Assembly: GCA_003214195.1 (NCBI GenBank)
Contig: QCLY01000002.1
Location: forward strand, 1,996-65,995
Direction: 5' to 3'
Length of the DNA stretch: 64,000 nt
From: Prochlorococcus sp. AG-418-G23
GTDB taxonomy: Bacteria > Cyanobacteriota > Cyanobacteriia > PCC-6307 > Cyanobiaceae
Shown here: positions 29,095-40,793 of the stretch, piece after piece
Numbering within the stretch: the stretch's first letter is position 1
Layout: each line of letters begins with the position of its first letter
Made by a program: the position numbers and the translations under genes
The notes under the pieces: model-generated
Databases searched by the model: none
What the model was told of the DNA's origin: nothing
What the model saw: the letters and a program-made list of their open reading frames with translations, nothing else

Positions 29095-29632
29095 TTATGG
29101 ATTTAATTAAAACTTTTATGGAACCCTGTTTAAACTCATTATTAAGTAATCCATCATCACCAAACTTAGAGTGTAGTAGTTGCAATCTTCTAATTTTAGA
29201 AGGCTTGAATTTAAATGGAAACCGTACCTTACTAGCTCTTACTGAGGGTTTTAGGTCACTAAACGGAATTTGAACATTTGTTGTTCCGAATTTTTTTGTT
29301 GGGAATGATTTAATCCATCTAAGACCACCAGGAATAAATTCGGTTAGTCCAAGAAGATCATCTTCACAAGCAACAGCAAATTTAAAAGTTCTTCCTTGTC
29401 CATCAATATTTAATTCGAAGGATGAATATTCAGAAACGTTTAAAGAGGGTTTATAAATAGGCGATCTACAACTAACAAATCCTCCAGCTTTCTCGACAAT
29501 ATTACCCTTTAATAACAAACCAGAATTTGAAATTTCACAAAAAGCTGAACTTGATCCGCCCATAACAGTATCATTTAATGTTTTCCAACCATTGAAATCC
29601 TTTTTCTGGAATAAAAATTTTTTCTTACTCAT
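29084..29632 (-). CDS. CIA30 (complex I intermediate-associated) family protein
   Basis: WKTLNDTVMGGSS, GGFVSCR, GQGRTFK, IPF..LKP..R. Confidence 0.88.
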   Translation of the reverse strand: MSKKKFLFQKKDFNGWKTLNDTVMGGSSSAFCEISNSGLLLKGNIVEKAGGFVSCRSPIYKPSLNVSEYSSFELNIDGQGRTFKFAVACEDDLLGLTEFIPGGLRWIKSFPTKKFGTTNVQIPFSDLKPSVRASKVRFPFKFKPSKIRRLQLLHSKFGDDGLLNNEFKQGSIKVLIKSISVI

Positions 29633-29662
29633 TAAATAATTTAAATTATTAATAGACTTTAA

Positions 29663-30391
29663 CTAAATTTCTAATTCTTTTGCTGAATCCTGATCGCAAA
29701 ATATTGAAATCTGATTAATAGATTTTATTAATTTTGATGGTGTTCTGTCTGGCGGCTCTTTTTCATCTAACAACCTCTCAAGCGCAATTCTTTTATTAGC
29801 TCCACTAACCAAAAATACTATCTTTGATGAGGCTGAAAGGACCTTTGGCGTTAATGAAATTCTTTTTAATCCTTTGCCTTCATTAAAAATCACAAAATCA
29901 TCTACATTGTTATTTTTTTGATAAGGAAATAGTGAAGCTGTATGACCATCGTCTCCAAGACCTAATAAAGTCAAATCAAATGAGGGAGGGTTTGATCCGC
30001 ATTTTTCAAATAATTTAGAAATAAATTGATTTTTGGTAGTTTCATCATCAGCGTTTAAATCATTGAAAATTTCATAAAAATAAGCTTTAGATCCAAAATT
30101 TGTTAACAAAGAATTTCTCAACATTAACGAGTTACTTAATTCTGAATTTGGATCAACACATCTTTCATCTCCTAAAAAGACATCAACCATATCCCATCGA
30201 AGATCATTATTAGATAAGAGATGATACACAGATTTGGGAGTTGAACCTCCACTTACACAAAATTTGAATCTGTCTTTATTTTTTAAAGTATGAATAATGT
30301 GGCTTTGTATAAACTTAAAAACAGCTTTTGAAAGTTCTAACTTGTCTTTATATACATTTAGGGTGTATCCATTTTTGACCTTTCCAATCAT
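29663..30391 (-). CDS. pgl: 6-phosphogluconolactonase
   Basis: SGGSTP, GDERCV, LLGLGDDGHTASLFP, RISLT; ATG 30391 overlaps the gnd TGA (ATGA). Confidence 0.95.
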   Translation of the reverse strand: MIGKVKNGYTLNVYKDKLELSKAVFKFIQSHIIHTLKNKDRFKFCVSGGSTPKSVYHLLSNNDLRWDMVDVFLGDERCVDPNSELSNSLMLRNSLLTNFGSKAYFYEIFNDLNADDETTKNQFISKLFEKCGSNPPSFDLTLLGLGDDGHTASLFPYQKNNNVDDFVIFNEGKGLKRISLTPKVLSASSKIVFLVSGANKRIALERLLDEKEPPDRTPSKLIKSINQISIFCDQDSAKELEI

Positions 30392-31806
30392 TTCATCCAT
30401 TCAGTATGAAAACTACCTTCTTTATCAATTCTTTCATATGTATGAGAGCCAAAACAGTCTCTCATTGCCTGAACAAGATTCTGAGGAAGTCTATTGGTTC
30501 TATAACTATTCAAATAATCTAAAGTACTGGATAAACATGGGACTGGTATACCGGCTTTTGTGGATAAAGAAACTACATTAGCTAAGTTATCTAATCTCTT
30601 CGCAATTTCATTATTGAACCAATCATCAAAAATTAAATTTTTAAGATTAGGGTCTTTGTTATAAGCATCTTGAATTTTACTTAATAATTTTGATCTAATT
30701 ATGCAACCACCTTTCCATATCTGAGCAATTGACGGCATATTCAAACCATAGTTATATACTGCAGATGCTTCTCTTAAGATATCCATACCTTGGGCATAGC
30801 TAGCAATTGTGGCAAGGACTACAGCATCAAATAAAGGTTTCATTCCATCTGATATATTTCCTAAATCAAAATCCTCTATCTCTTTAGATGGAATAGTTTT
30901 TTCAATCTCACTACGTTGCTCTTTTAAAGAACTCATTACTCTTGCATTTAAAGATGCATAAATAGTTGGGACTGATACCCCAAGTTCTAAAGCACTTACC
31001 ACAGTCCATAACCCAGTACCTTTCTGGCCAGCTTTATCTAATATTTTCTCCACAACATCATCTCCAGTTATCTCATCTTTTGTATTTAGACAAATCTCTG
31101 TTATCTCAACTAGATAAGAAGCTAATTCATCAGTATTATTCCAAATACCAAATACCTCTGACATCTGTTGTCCATTCATCCTTTTGACTCTCTTCATAAG
31201 GTCATAAGCTTCTGCAAGTATTTGTTCAATTCCATATTCAATTCCGTTATGAACAGTTTTCACAAAATGACCTGAGCCTCCCGGTCCAACATACGCAACG
31301 CATGGTCCATCTTCAACTTTGGCAGCCATTTTTGTTAGTAAGCTTTCTATTGCATCATATGAAGCCTTAGTACCACCAGGCATCATACTTGGACCTTCTA
31401 GAGCTCCTTTAGCTCCACCTGAGACTCCCATTCCAATGTATCCAAAACTTTTACTTTCAAGAGTTTTTACCCTTCTTTCAGTATCTTTAAATTGAGAATT
31501 ACCGCCATCTATTAACAAATCGCCTTCCTCGAGATAACCAGAAATATTGTCAATGACAGCATCTGTTGCGGGTCCAGCTTTTACCATCATTAAAATCCTC
31601 CTAGGTCTCTCTAGCTTGTTAACAAATTCTTGAAGAGTTTCAGCTCCCTCTATATTCTTTCCTAGGCCCCGACCTTGTAAAAATTCTTCAGTTTTTGAGT
31701 AAGTTCTATTAAAAACTACACTAGAAAATCCATTTCTCTCTGCGTTAAGAACTAAATTTTCGCCCATAACACCAAGACCTATTAACCCGAAATGTGCCTT
31801 GGACAT
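30388..31806 (-). CDS. gnd: 6-phosphogluconate dehydrogenase (NADP+, decarboxylating)
   Basis: GLGVMG, MVKAG, DGGN, VKTVHNGIEY, GQKGTG, RDCFGSHTY. Confidence 0.97.
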   Translation of the reverse strand: MSKAHFGLIGLGVMGENLVLNAERNGFSSVVFNRTYSKTEEFLQGRGLGKNIEGAETLQEFVNKLERPRRILMMVKAGPATDAVIDNISGYLEEGDLLIDGGNSQFKDTERRVKTLESKSFGYIGMGVSGGAKGALEGPSMMPGGTKASYDAIESLLTKMAAKVEDGPCVAYVGPGGSGHFVKTVHNGIEYGIEQILAEAYDLMKRVKRMNGQQMSEVFGIWNNTDELASYLVEITEICLNTKDEITGDDVVEKILDKAGQKGTGLWTVVSALELGVSVPTIYASLNARVMSSLKEQRSEIEKTIPSKEIEDFDLGNISDGMKPLFDAVVLATIASYAQGMDILREASAVYNYGLNMPSIAQIWKGGCIIRSKLLSKIQDAYNKDPNLKNLIFDDWFNNEIAKRLDNLANVVSLSTKAGIPVPCLSSTLDYLNSYRTNRLPQNLVQAMRDCFGSHTYERIDKEGSFHTEWMK

Positions 31807-31900
31807 AAAATTAAAAAAACTCAATAAATATAGTGTGCCTGCAACTCATCAAAATTGCTCAAAAAATATACTTATGTCAGCGAAAAATGATCGAAAAGAT

Positions 31901-33196
31901 TTAAATTACTGTTCCGTTAGCAATAGTTGCATTTTTAACTACTACAACTATTCCATTTCTTATATAGAAGCCTAATTCTGGCTTATCTGCTTCTTCTACT
32001 CGATCTTTATTAATGATTACAACATTATCACCAATCCTTGTATTCTTATCAAGAATTGCTCTTTTAACAGTAGTTCCTTCACCTACTCCAAGAGGTGTTC
32101 CGCCTCCTTTTCTTAATTCAATCCTCTCTTCAGGAGATTCAAAGAAATCGGCACCCATAACTAGAGTGTCTTCAAGAACAGAATCACTTTCGATCCTACT
32201 TCTTACACCTAAAACACAATGCAAAATACTGCATGATTTCAAGATTGTACCTTCACAGACTATTGAATCAGTAATTTGAGCATCTACAAGTTTAGAAGGG
32301 GGGAGAAATCTAGGTCTTGTATAAATTGGAAATTTTTCATCATAAAAACTGAATGGAGGTTTTGGTTGCTCAGTCAATGCAAGGTTTGACTCAAAGAATG
32401 CACCAATGGTTCCGATATCTTCCCAATAATCATCGAATACATAACTTTTAAGAGTATCGCCCCTATTAAGTGCTTCAGGAATTATGTCCTTACCAAAATC
32501 CGTATAACTAGGGAATTTATTTAGAAGATCGAAAAGAGTATTTCTGCTAAAAACGTAAATACCCATAGAGGCTAGGTAAGGTTTTTCTTTAGCAGACTCC
32601 TTACTTAATCCAAACTTTGAAGTATCTACTGCCATTGCCTTTAACTTCTCTCCAGTGGGCTTTTCACTGAATTCCTTTATATTTCCCAAATCATCTGTTC
32701 TCATGAGGCCAAACCCTTCTGCTTGCAACTCATCAACAGGTAAAGCTGCAACAGTTAAGTCAGCACCATTATCTCTATGATGTTGAACAAATAGACTGTA
32801 GTCCATTCTATATAGTTGATCACCTGAAAGTATTAAATACTCGTCAACATCCCATTCTTGAAATAACCATTGGTATTTTCTTACAGCATCAGCAGTACCT
32901 TCAAACCACTTTGGACTTTCAGGAGTCTGTTGAGCAGCTAAAACCTCCACAAATCCTTGACCAAAAGGGCCATTTAAATTATAAGTCCTTCCTATATGTC
33001 TATTGAGAGATGCACTATTGAACTGAGTCAAAACGTACATCTTTTCTATACCTGAATTTATACAATTACTAATAGGAATATCTATTAAACGATACTTGCC
33101 TGCCAATGGGACAGCAGGTTTCGCCCTCATTTTTGTTAAAGGGTAAAGTCTAGAACCTTTTCCTCCTCCGAGGATGATGGCCAAAACACGCTTCAT
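31901..33196 (-). CDS. glgC: ADP-glucose pyrophosphorylase
   Basis: [40 protein letters not shown]. Confidence 0.97.
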   Translation of the reverse strand: MKRVLAIILGGGKGSRLYPLTKMRAKPAVPLAGKYRLIDIPISNCINSGIEKMYVLTQFNSASLNRHIGRTYNLNGPFGQGFVEVLAAQQTPESPKWFEGTADAVRKYQWLFQEWDVDEYLILSGDQLYRMDYSLFVQHHRDNGADLTVAALPVDELQAEGFGLMRTDDLGNIKEFSEKPTGEKLKAMAVDTSKFGLSKESAKEKPYLASMGIYVFSRNTLFDLLNKFPSYTDFGKDIIPEALNRGDTLKSYVFDDYWEDIGTIGAFFESNLALTEQPKPPFSFYDEKFPIYTRPRFLPPSKLVDAQITDSIVCEGTILKSCSILHCVLGVRSRIESDSVLEDTLVMGADFFESPEERIELRKGGGTPLGVGEGTTVKRAILDKNTRIGDNVVIINKDRVEEADKPELGFYIRNGIVVVVKNATIANGTVI

Positions 33197-33325
33197 TCAA
33201 TCTAATGGAGGTAGAAGTACAACTATTTAAAGTAACTGATTGTGGGCTTATTTAGAAATAGGAATGGTCAGTTTACGAAGGTATTTCAATAAATTACTAG
33301 AAAAACTTAATAAAAGTATGAAAAA

Positions 33326-34636
33326 TTAGCTATTTTTATCCTCTTTTTCCAAAGAAAACAACTTTTCAACGATTTTTAATGAAGCTTGTCTTTCCTCTCT
33401 TGATTGAGGACTTCTCAACTTTGTAACGGGTGTGTGAAGTATTTTATTGATAATTCCTTTAGTCAGAGCTTCCACAACTTTTCTTTCACGAGCAGAAAAA
33501 TCTGGCCCCATCCTACTAAGTGCTTTTTGTAATTCTTCTTTTCTAATTAACTCCAAATCTGATCTAAGTTTATTAATTATTGGAACTGCTTCTAAACTTG
33601 CCCACCATTCAAGAAAAATAATTCTTTCTTCCTCTACTAAAGATTCTGCTTCCTTTGCAATTTTCCGTCTAAATTCTTGATTTCTCGAAACTACCTCTTG
33701 AAGGTCATCTACATCAAATGATCTTACAAATTGATGTTGTTTAACATCATTGGATATATTTCTTGGCACACCGATATCAATAAATTTAAGTTGATTACTT
33801 AAATTTAATTTTTCAATTTTTGATAAGTCAATTATTGGCTCTTCAGACGCAGTACTAGTAAAAACAAGAGAAGATTTAGAAATATTTTCATCTAATTCGT
33901 TTAATCCTTTACAAACGATCTCTATGTCGGGGAAGTCCAATGCAAGATTTAATGCTCTATCAATATTTCTATTAACAAGACTAATTTTATGACAGCCTTT
34001 TGATTTTAAATGAGTGATCAAAAGCCTACTCATTCTTCCAGCACCAACTACAAGAACCTTCTCTGATTCCAAACTTACAAGAGTATCAAGTCCTTTTTCT
34101 TGTCCAATTTTTAATTGAGCAAGTTCTACGGCTGCTGAACTTATTGAGACAGCTCCAGTTCCTAAATTTGTTTCGGATCTAACTTTTTTACCTGTACTAA
34201 TCGATTGAGTTAATAATCTATTAAGAATAGGACCAGTTGATTGATTCTCTTGACCTAATCTCATCATTTTTTTTACCTGCGAAAGGATTTGACCTTCACC
34301 TAAAACAAGGCTATCTAATCCTGCTGAAACTTTCATTAAGTGCAGGACTGCATCTTCTTGTCTAAAGCAAAATAGATGGGGATTTAAATCTTCAAAGGTA
34401 ATTCCTGAATAACTTGATATAAATTCTTTAATAGATGAAATTCCATTATTCTTATCTTTTACAAGTGCATATATTTCTAACCTATTACAAGTACTCAAAA
34501 TTGACACTTCTAATACATCAGAGAAAGCCTTTAATGCATTCAATGATTCCGTTATAGATTGGTCGGGAATACTTAATTTCTCGCGCACTTCAACAGGTGC
34601 CGTGCGATGACTTAGTCCGACGACAACAATATGCAT
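33326..34636 (-). CDS. hemA: Glutamyl-tRNA reductase
   Basis: HRTAPVEVRE, STCNRLE, GLDSLVLGEGQIL, GAGRM, DIGVPRN. Confidence 0.97.
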   Translation of the reverse strand: MHIVVVGLSHRTAPVEVREKLSIPDQSITESLNALKAFSDVLEVSILSTCNRLEIYALVKDKNNGISSIKEFISSYSGITFEDLNPHLFCFRQEDAVLHLMKVSAGLDSLVLGEGQILSQVKKMMRLGQENQSTGPILNRLLTQSISTGKKVRSETNLGTGAVSISSAAVELAQLKIGQEKGLDTLVSLESEKVLVVGAGRMSRLLITHLKSKGCHKISLVNRNIDRALNLALDFPDIEIVCKGLNELDENISKSSLVFTSTASEEPIIDLSKIEKLNLSNQLKFIDIGVPRNISNDVKQHQFVRSFDVDDLQEVVSRNQEFRRKIAKEAESLVEEERIIFLEWWASLEAVPIINKLRSDLELIRKEELQKALSRMGPDFSARERKVVEALTKGIINKILHTPVTKLRSPQSREERQASLKIVEKLFSLEKEDKNS

Positions 34637-34654
34637 AAAATCAAATGTGAAATT

Positions 34655-35656
34655 TTAAAGGCTAATACTCTTTGCACCATCTTTTATATGGACAGTATTT
34701 GTGAATCTTGCAGTACTATCCAGTGTACTAATGACTAGACTACTTGTTCTTACACAATCTCTTTCAAATTTAACTCCGTCAAATAATAATCCATCCGTTA
34801 TTCCACTTCCGGCGAATACAACATTTTCTCCGGATGCAAGTTCGCTTGCTTCATATATTTTATCTATATCAGTTATTCCCATTTCATTTAGACGTTTTAT
34901 ATTTCCTTCTTTTGTATAGTCAGCCCACTCAGAGGTTTGAGCAATTGCAGGATCATAAACTAGTTGACCTTGAAAATGTCCACCTAAAGCTCTCATTGCA
35001 GCCGCCGAAATAACCCCTTCTGGAGCTGCTCCTATACCCATTAAACAATGTGTTCCTGTTCCGGCAAAACCACATGCAATGGCAGCTTGAACATCACCGT
35101 CAGAAATTGGCTGTACTTTCGCTCCGCACCCTCGAATTTCCTTAATTAAATTCTTATGCCTAGCTCTATCCATAACAACAACTGTAAGTTCATCTATAGA
35201 AATATCCAAACAATCACTTAGTATCTTCAAGTTTTCTGTAGCTGAATTTCTTATATCAACTTTCCCTTTCGCCGCTGGAGGAGCTGCTAATTTGTTCATA
35301 TAAAAATCAGGAGCATTAAAAAGTCCTCCTGTATCTGAGGCAGCTAGAACTGCCATAGAACCTCTTTGATTATTTGCACAAAGATTTGTTCCTTCACAAG
35401 GATCCACTGCAAAATCAACCCCTGGTCCACTGCCACTTCCTACCTCTTCACCTATATAAAGCATGGGTGCTTCGTCTCTTTCACCCTCTCCAATAACAAT
35501 TTTTCCTTTCATTTCAATTTTGCCCATTCGCAATCTCATTGCTTCAACAGCTGCAGCATCAGCTTCATCTTTTTGGCCAAGACCTGTGAGTTTTGCTGAA
35601 GCAATTGCTGCTTGCTCGACAACTTCGAGAATTTCTTGAATTAAAGTTTGATTCAC
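34655..35656 (-). CDS. glpX: Fructose-1,6/sedoheptulose-1,7-bisphosphatase class II
   Basis: [41 protein letters not shown]. Confidence 0.97.
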   Translation of the reverse strand: MNQTLIQEILEVVEQAAIASAKLTGLGQKDEADAAAVEAMRLRMGKIEMKGKIVIGEGERDEAPMLYIGEEVGSGSGPGVDFAVDPCEGTNLCANNQRGSMAVLAASDTGGLFNAPDFYMNKLAAPPAAKGKVDIRNSATENLKILSDCLDISIDELTVVVMDRARHKNLIKEIRGCGAKVQPISDGDVQAAIACGFAGTGTHCLMGIGAAPEGVISAAAMRALGGHFQGQLVYDPAIAQTSEWADYTKEGNIKRLNEMGITDIDKIYEASELASGENVVFAGSGITDGLLFDGVKFERDCVRTSSLVISTLDSTARFTNTVHIKDGAKSISL

Positions 35657-35696
35657 AATTAAATTTTGAGGATTTTCTATAAGGTTTTGAGTTTGA

Positions 35697-35724
35697 TCTC
35701 ATAAAAAATGAAATTTTTATGAGA
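35697..35724. repeat. Perfect 11-bp inverted repeat upstream of glpX
   Basis: TCTCATAAAAA-ATGAAA-TTTTTATGAGA. Confidence 0.6.
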
Positions 35725-35841
35725 ATTATTAGTCTAAAAAGCTTTTTTAACTCTTTACAGCTGTTACTTTATCAGGCCGTGACTTGAAATTAGGAATAAA
35801 CAACTAAATATAGTATCTTTATTAAATATTTTAAAAATTAA

Positions 35842-36600
35842 ATGACTGAGCCAAATCAAGCAAATTTATCAGGTGTAAGTAGACCAATTCAAATAATTCC
35901 CTCTGTTTTACCAGCAGATTGGGCTAATATGGGCTCATGTGTAAAAGAGCTCGAGGAAGCCGGGGTAGATAGAATTCAATTTGATGTAATGGATGGAAAT
36001 TTCGTACCAAATCTCACATTTGGTCCTGAAATGATTTCTGCATGCAGGAAATATTGCAATGTTCCTTTTGAAACTCAGTTAATGGTAAGCCAATACAATT
36101 GTGAAACCATGCTTGAATCTTATGTTAATGCTACAAAAGGAGCGAATGGCGAGCCAGGGGTTGTAATAGCACATGCAGAAGCAAATATTCATTTACATAG
36201 AGTACTTGGTAGGATTAGAGATCTAGGAGGATCTCCTTCGGTTGCATTGAATCCTCATACTCCATTTGAAATGATTGAAAACATAATGGATATGGTTGAT
36301 CATGTTTTAGTTATGACAGTAAATCCAGGTTTTGGTGGGCAAGCTTATATTCCAACAATGCTTAATAAGATTAGAAAAATAAGAAACTTTGTTATAGAAA
36401 AAAACTTAAATGTGGACATTGAAGTTGATGGGGGCATTAAAGCAAATTGGACTATCTCACAATGTGCTGATGCTGGGGCTAATTGTTTTATTGCAGGAAG
36501 TGGGATGTTTGCTTACCCAACACTCAAGGAAGGATGTGATGACTTGAGAAGAGTTGCTAAAGAAGCACAAAATGGGAAAGTGCTTTCAGAACCTCAATAA
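35842..36600 (+). CDS. rpe: Ribulose-phosphate 3-epimerase
   Basis: IPSVL, DVMDGNFVPNLTFG, ALNPHTP, MTVNPGFGGQ, EVDGG. Confidence 0.95.
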   Translation: MTEPNQANLSGVSRPIQIIPSVLPADWANMGSCVKELEEAGVDRIQFDVMDGNFVPNLTFGPEMISACRKYCNVPFETQLMVSQYNCETMLESYVNATKGANGEPGVVIAHAEANIHLHRVLGRIRDLGGSPSVALNPHTPFEMIENIMDMVDHVLVMTVNPGFGGQAYIPTMLNKIRKIRNFVIEKNLNVDIEVDGGIKANWTISQCADAGANCFIAGSGMFAYPTLKEGCDDLRRVAKEAQNGKVLSEPQ

Positions 36601-36618
36601 ATATCGCTAGATTTAAAC

Positions 36619-37551
36619 TTATGCCCCAAATATCCAACCATAACTATGTAAGCCTATTCCTAAAAAGTTAACTCCTAAATAACAAATCAAAACTACAATA
36701 AAACCTGTCGTCGCTAATAATGCAGGCCTTCTACCCTGCCAACCTTTACTTATTCTCATATGCAGGTAAGCTGCATAAAATAACCAAGATATAAATGCCC
36801 ACGTTTCCTTTGGATCCCAACTCCACCATGTACCCCATGCTTCATTAGCCCAAACTGCTCCTGAGATTAAGCCAAGAGTCAAAAGAACAAAACCGATTAA
36901 TATAGAGCGATAACTTAATGTATCTAGTTCTTCTGAGTGAGAAAATTCAATTGGATCAATTAAATTATTTAAGGAATAGTTATTAGATATTTTGAAACCT
37001 CCTATACCCGTAGAACTACTTCTTATTTGAAGAGATTTATTTTTATTGACAAACAAAACAGAAGCTGAAAGCAAAGAACCTATTATTAATGCTGCATAAC
37101 TAAGCATTACCACACTAACATGCATCACTAGCCAACTAGATCTTAAAGCTGGAACCAAATTGGATGATAATTTCAAATCTTCAGGCAAAACAAAACATGC
37201 AAAAGACACAGTCAGCAATTCAATTGGTATGGCTATTGAAGGAATTATTGGAGATTGGTATTCCCTTTCTATCAATAGTTGTCCAATTGAGATTCCCCAA
37301 GTAAGGAAATAAAGAGATTCATATAAATTGCTTATTGGGAAATGTCCCGAAAACGACCATCTTAAAAGTAATTGTAGTGTTATTAATAAATTCACTAAAA
37401 CTGTAAGAAATCTCACAGTTAAAGAACTCTTTTTTTTGAAAACTGCTCCTAAAGAAATAGGCAAATTAACAAGTAAAATATAAAAAACCACAAGGCCTAA
37501 TACTGAGACTGGGTCATATATTAAATTTTTAAAAAGATTATCTAAAATCAT
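36619..37551 (-). CDS. ccsB: Cytochrome c biogenesis system II heme-attachment protein (CcsA/CcsB)
   Basis: HFPISNLYES, LVPALRSSWLVMHV, WWD motif GAVWANEAWGTWWSWDPKETW, GLHSY. Confidence 0.95.
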   Translation of the reverse strand: MILDNLFKNLIYDPVSVLGLVVFYILLVNLPISLGAVFKKKSSLTVRFLTVLVNLLITLQLLLRWSFSGHFPISNLYESLYFLTWGISIGQLLIEREYQSPIIPSIAIPIELLTVSFACFVLPEDLKLSSNLVPALRSSWLVMHVSVVMLSYAALIIGSLLSASVLFVNKNKSLQIRSSSTGIGGFKISNNYSLNNLIDPIEFSHSEELDTLSYRSILIGFVLLTLGLISGAVWANEAWGTWWSWDPKETWAFISWLFYAAYLHMRISKGWQGRRPALLATTGFIVVLICYLGVNFLGIGLHSYGWIFGA

Positions 37552-37663
37552 TTCTAGAAATTTATCCAGTTTAATATTTAATAACAAACAGATAATAATT
37601 TAAATCTTTCTTATATGAGTAAACTTTTAATAATTAAATTTTAATTTCTTTTGCAAAAGGATT

Positions 37664-38392
37664 TCAAAGTTTGAAATTATCTCCCAGATAATACTTTTTA
37701 ACTATTGGATTATTTGCTAATTCACTCGATGATCCAAAAGCTAAAATTTTTCCTTCACTTAATACATATGACTTATCAGTAATCAAAAGGGTTTCCCTCA
37801 CATTATGGTCTGTAATAAGAATCCCTACCCCATCACTACTTAATTTAAGAATTAGTTTCTTTAAATCATTAACAGCTAGAGGGTCGATCCCAGCAAATGG
37901 TTCGTCTAATAATAAATATTTAGGCCCTTTTCTTCCTACAGTAAGAGCTCTCGCTATCTCGCACCTCCTTCTCTCTCCTCCTGAAAGTTGAAAACCATAA
38001 TTATCTACAAAATTATTCAAATTAAAATCATTAATTAATTTTTCTCTTCTATTTCTAATTGCTGCTCGACTAAAAGGTGAATTCTGCAAAGCCAAATCTA
38101 TATTTTCCTTAACAGTGAGATCTCTAAAGATACTTGCCTCTTGAGTTAAATAACCTAATCCAAGTCTTGATCGAGTTGGAAGTGGAAGATTAGTGATATT
38201 TTTACCATTCATTAAAACTTGACCATTGTCAGGTTTTATATTCCCAACTGCAATATTAAAGGTGGTGGTTTTCCCTGCACCATTAGGCCCCATCAAACCC
38301 ACAACTTCTCCTGGATTTACAGTTATGGAAACATCATTTACTATTACTCTTCCATTAATTTGAAGGGATACATTTTGAATTTTTAAGTTCAT
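37664..38392 (-). CDS. lptB: LPS export ABC ATPase
   Basis: GPNGAGKTT, YLTQEASIFR, LSGGERRRCEIAR, DEPFAGIDP, ITDHNVRET, YLG. Confidence 0.92.
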   Translation of the reverse strand: MNLKIQNVSLQINGRVIVNDVSITVNPGEVVGLMGPNGAGKTTTFNIAVGNIKPDNGQVLMNGKNITNLPLPTRSRLGLGYLTQEASIFRDLTVKENIDLALQNSPFSRAAIRNRREKLINDFNLNNFVDNYGFQLSGGERRRCEIARALTVGRKGPKYLLLDEPFAGIDPLAVNDLKKLILKLSSDGVGILITDHNVRETLLITDKSYVLSEGKILAFGSSSELANNPIVKKYYLGDNFKL

Positions 38393-38481
38393 CTTTCTTT
38401 TAAAAAAGCAGTTATCAACTTTTCTTGGAAAAATAATGAAATAAAAATAAGAATTCCTATTAAAGAGAAATAGATACGCAT
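38389..38481 (-). CDS. 30-aa signal-peptide-like ORF, possible lptA remnant (not in ORF track)
   Basis: MRIYFSLIGILIFISLFFQEKLITAFLKER; starts 6 nt after the DUF309 stop, and its TGA overlaps the lptB ATG (ATGA). Confidence 0.5.
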   Translation of the reverse strand: MRIYFSLIGILIFISLFFQEKLITAFLKER

Positions 38482-38487
38482 AATTTA

Positions 38488-38856
38488 TTAAAGAGGTTTC
38501 AAAAAAGGCTTATCACTCTCTTTTAAAGTTTCTTTGTATTGTAATTTTCTCAATAAATTATCTAAACATTCGCAGAAGTCTTCAAGATCAATACCTAAAT
38601 TAATCTTGGTTCTAGTTTTTATTCTTCCTAAACCTTCTCCAAGCAAAATAGTTGCTCCATTTAAATTACCCTTACTTAAGTGAAATTGAGAGACAGATAC
38701 TTGTAAAATGCCCTGAATGACTTGTCTTTCATCACCATCAACAGAATTCCAAATTTCTTCAAAAGCATCATGTGCCTCATACCATAGATGATTATTAAAA
38801 AGGTTTAAAGCAATAAAAAAAGAATCTTGAAAATTTTTGTTACCTTCTTCACTCAT
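38488..38856 (-). CDS. DUF309-family protein
   Basis: LFN...WYEAHDAFEEIW, QGILQ, H..KGNLNGA. Confidence 0.88.
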   Translation of the reverse strand: MSEEGNKNFQDSFFIALNLFNNHLWYEAHDAFEEIWNSVDGDERQVIQGILQVSVSQFHLSKGNLNGATILLGEGLGRIKTRTKINLGIDLEDFCECLDNLLRKLQYKETLKESDKPFLKPL

Positions 38857-38867
38857 GATTTTAATTA

Positions 38868-40664
38868 TTAATATTTTTTCTTCTTATTCATTTTTCTCAT
38901 TCTAATTGAATCCGGAGTCACTTCTAACATTTCGTCAGGTCCAATATACTCTAGTGCTCTTTCAAGAGTAATATCAACAGGTGATTGCAAAGTATCAAGT
39001 TCTTCTGCCCCTGCAGATCTCATATTAGTTAACTGCTTTGTCTTACAAATATTTAACTCAAGATCTTGAGGTCTATTATTCTCTCCAATTATCATTCCTT
39101 TATAAACTTTTGTTCCAGGTTTAATGAAATAAACTCCTCTATCTTCAGCGTTCTTTAAGGCATAAAAAGTTGCCACACCTTCCTCAAAAGCAATAAGAAC
39201 ACCATTTCTCCTAGTTTCAAAATTTCCCATTTTAGGTTTATATTCATAAAAAGAGTGACTCATAATACCTTCGCCTCTCGTAATACGAACAAATTCACCA
39301 CGAAATCCAATTAGACCTCTTGATGGCACAAGAAATTCCAATTGAGTTCTCCCATCTGAACTTGTCTGCATATTTTTCATCTCTGCTTTTCTGGATCCAA
39401 GTTTCTCGATACATGAACCAACAGAGACCTCAGGAACATCTAAAACCAAAGTCTCGATAGGCTCACATTCAACGTTATCAATTTCTCTAAATATTACTTG
39501 TGGTTGGGAAATTTGAAACTCAAAACCCTCTCTTCTCATAGTTTCTATCAAAATCCCTAAATGTAATTCTCCTCTTCCTGAAACTGAAAATCTGTCAGGT
39601 GATTCAGTTTCTTCGACCCTTAAGGCAACATTTGTTAAAAGTTCTCTTTCTAATCTATTTTTTAATTGTCTACTGGTAACAAATTTCCCTTCTTTTCCTG
39701 CGAATGGAGAATCATTGACAACAAAAGTCATATTTAAGGTGGGCTCATCAACTTTGATTAATGGGAGAGGATGAGGAGAATCAGGACATGCTATGGTCTC
39801 ACCAATATTAACTTCATCAAAACCAGAAACAGCGACAATATCACCTGCGAATGCCTCATTTATATCAATTCTTTGTAATCCCTCGAATCCTAATAGTTTA
39901 CTAACTTTACCTTTAATAGTTTTTCCATTTTCTTTTATCAAACAGGCTTGTTGGCCATTTTTTATAGTTCCATTATGAATCTTACCAATTACAATTCTAC
40001 CTAAGAAATCAGAATAGTCCAAAGTAGTTATTTGTAGTTGAAGTGGTTTATTTGAGTCACCTACTGGAGGTGGAACATGTCTAATAATAGCCTCAAATAG
40101 GGGTTTCATATTGTCACTACTAGATTCCATTTCTTCCTTTGCGAAACCAGATAGGCCACTTCCAAAGAGATAAGGGAAATCGCATTGATCATCATCAGCT
40201 CCTAATTCCAAAAACAAATCAAGGACCTTATCGATTGCTATTTCTGGTACTACTCTTGGTCTATCAATTTTATTAACAAAGACTATAGGCCTAAGTCCTT
40301 TTTCTAATGCTTTTTTTAAAACAAATCTTGTTTGAGGCATTGGTCCCTCATTTGCATCAACAATTAGCAAACAACCATCAACCATCCCTAAAACCCTTTC
40401 TACTTCTCCACCAAAATCAGCATGTCCCGGAGTATCTATAATATTAATTCTGGTGTCTTTGTAACTAACTGCAGTGTTTTTTGAAAGTATTGTTATTCCT
40501 CTTTCTCTTTCAAGATCATTTGAATCCATTACACATGTAGGTATAACTTCATTATCTCTAAATATTCCTGATTGAGATAGCAATGCATCCACAAGAGTTG
40601 TCTTCCCATGATCTACGTGGGCAATAATTGCAACATTCCTTATTTCTTTAATAGAAGATGACAT
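38868..40664 (-). CDS. typA: Translational GTPase TypA/BipA
   Basis: [44 protein letters not shown]. Confidence 0.97.
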   Translation of the reverse strand: MSSSIKEIRNVAIIAHVDHGKTTLVDALLSQSGIFRDNEVIPTCVMDSNDLERERGITILSKNTAVSYKDTRINIIDTPGHADFGGEVERVLGMVDGCLLIVDANEGPMPQTRFVLKKALEKGLRPIVFVNKIDRPRVVPEIAIDKVLDLFLELGADDDQCDFPYLFGSGLSGFAKEEMESSSDNMKPLFEAIIRHVPPPVGDSNKPLQLQITTLDYSDFLGRIVIGKIHNGTIKNGQQACLIKENGKTIKGKVSKLLGFEGLQRIDINEAFAGDIVAVSGFDEVNIGETIACPDSPHPLPLIKVDEPTLNMTFVVNDSPFAGKEGKFVTSRQLKNRLERELLTNVALRVEETESPDRFSVSGRGELHLGILIETMRREGFEFQISQPQVIFREIDNVECEPIETLVLDVPEVSVGSCIEKLGSRKAEMKNMQTSSDGRTQLEFLVPSRGLIGFRGEFVRITRGEGIMSHSFYEYKPKMGNFETRRNGVLIAFEEGVATFYALKNAEDRGVYFIKPGTKVYKGMIIGENNRPQDLELNICKTKQLTNMRSAGAEELDTLQSPVDITLERALEYIGPDEMLEVTPDSIRMRKMNKKKKY

Positions 40665-40793
40665 TTATAAAATTTATATAAATTGTAGTTTGACTTTATT
40701 AAGGCTAACTCAAAGAATGCTTATTATGAAAATATTCTCTTTAAGATTTTGAAAAACATAATCATAATTATAAATTTAATTAATAAAGTAAAT

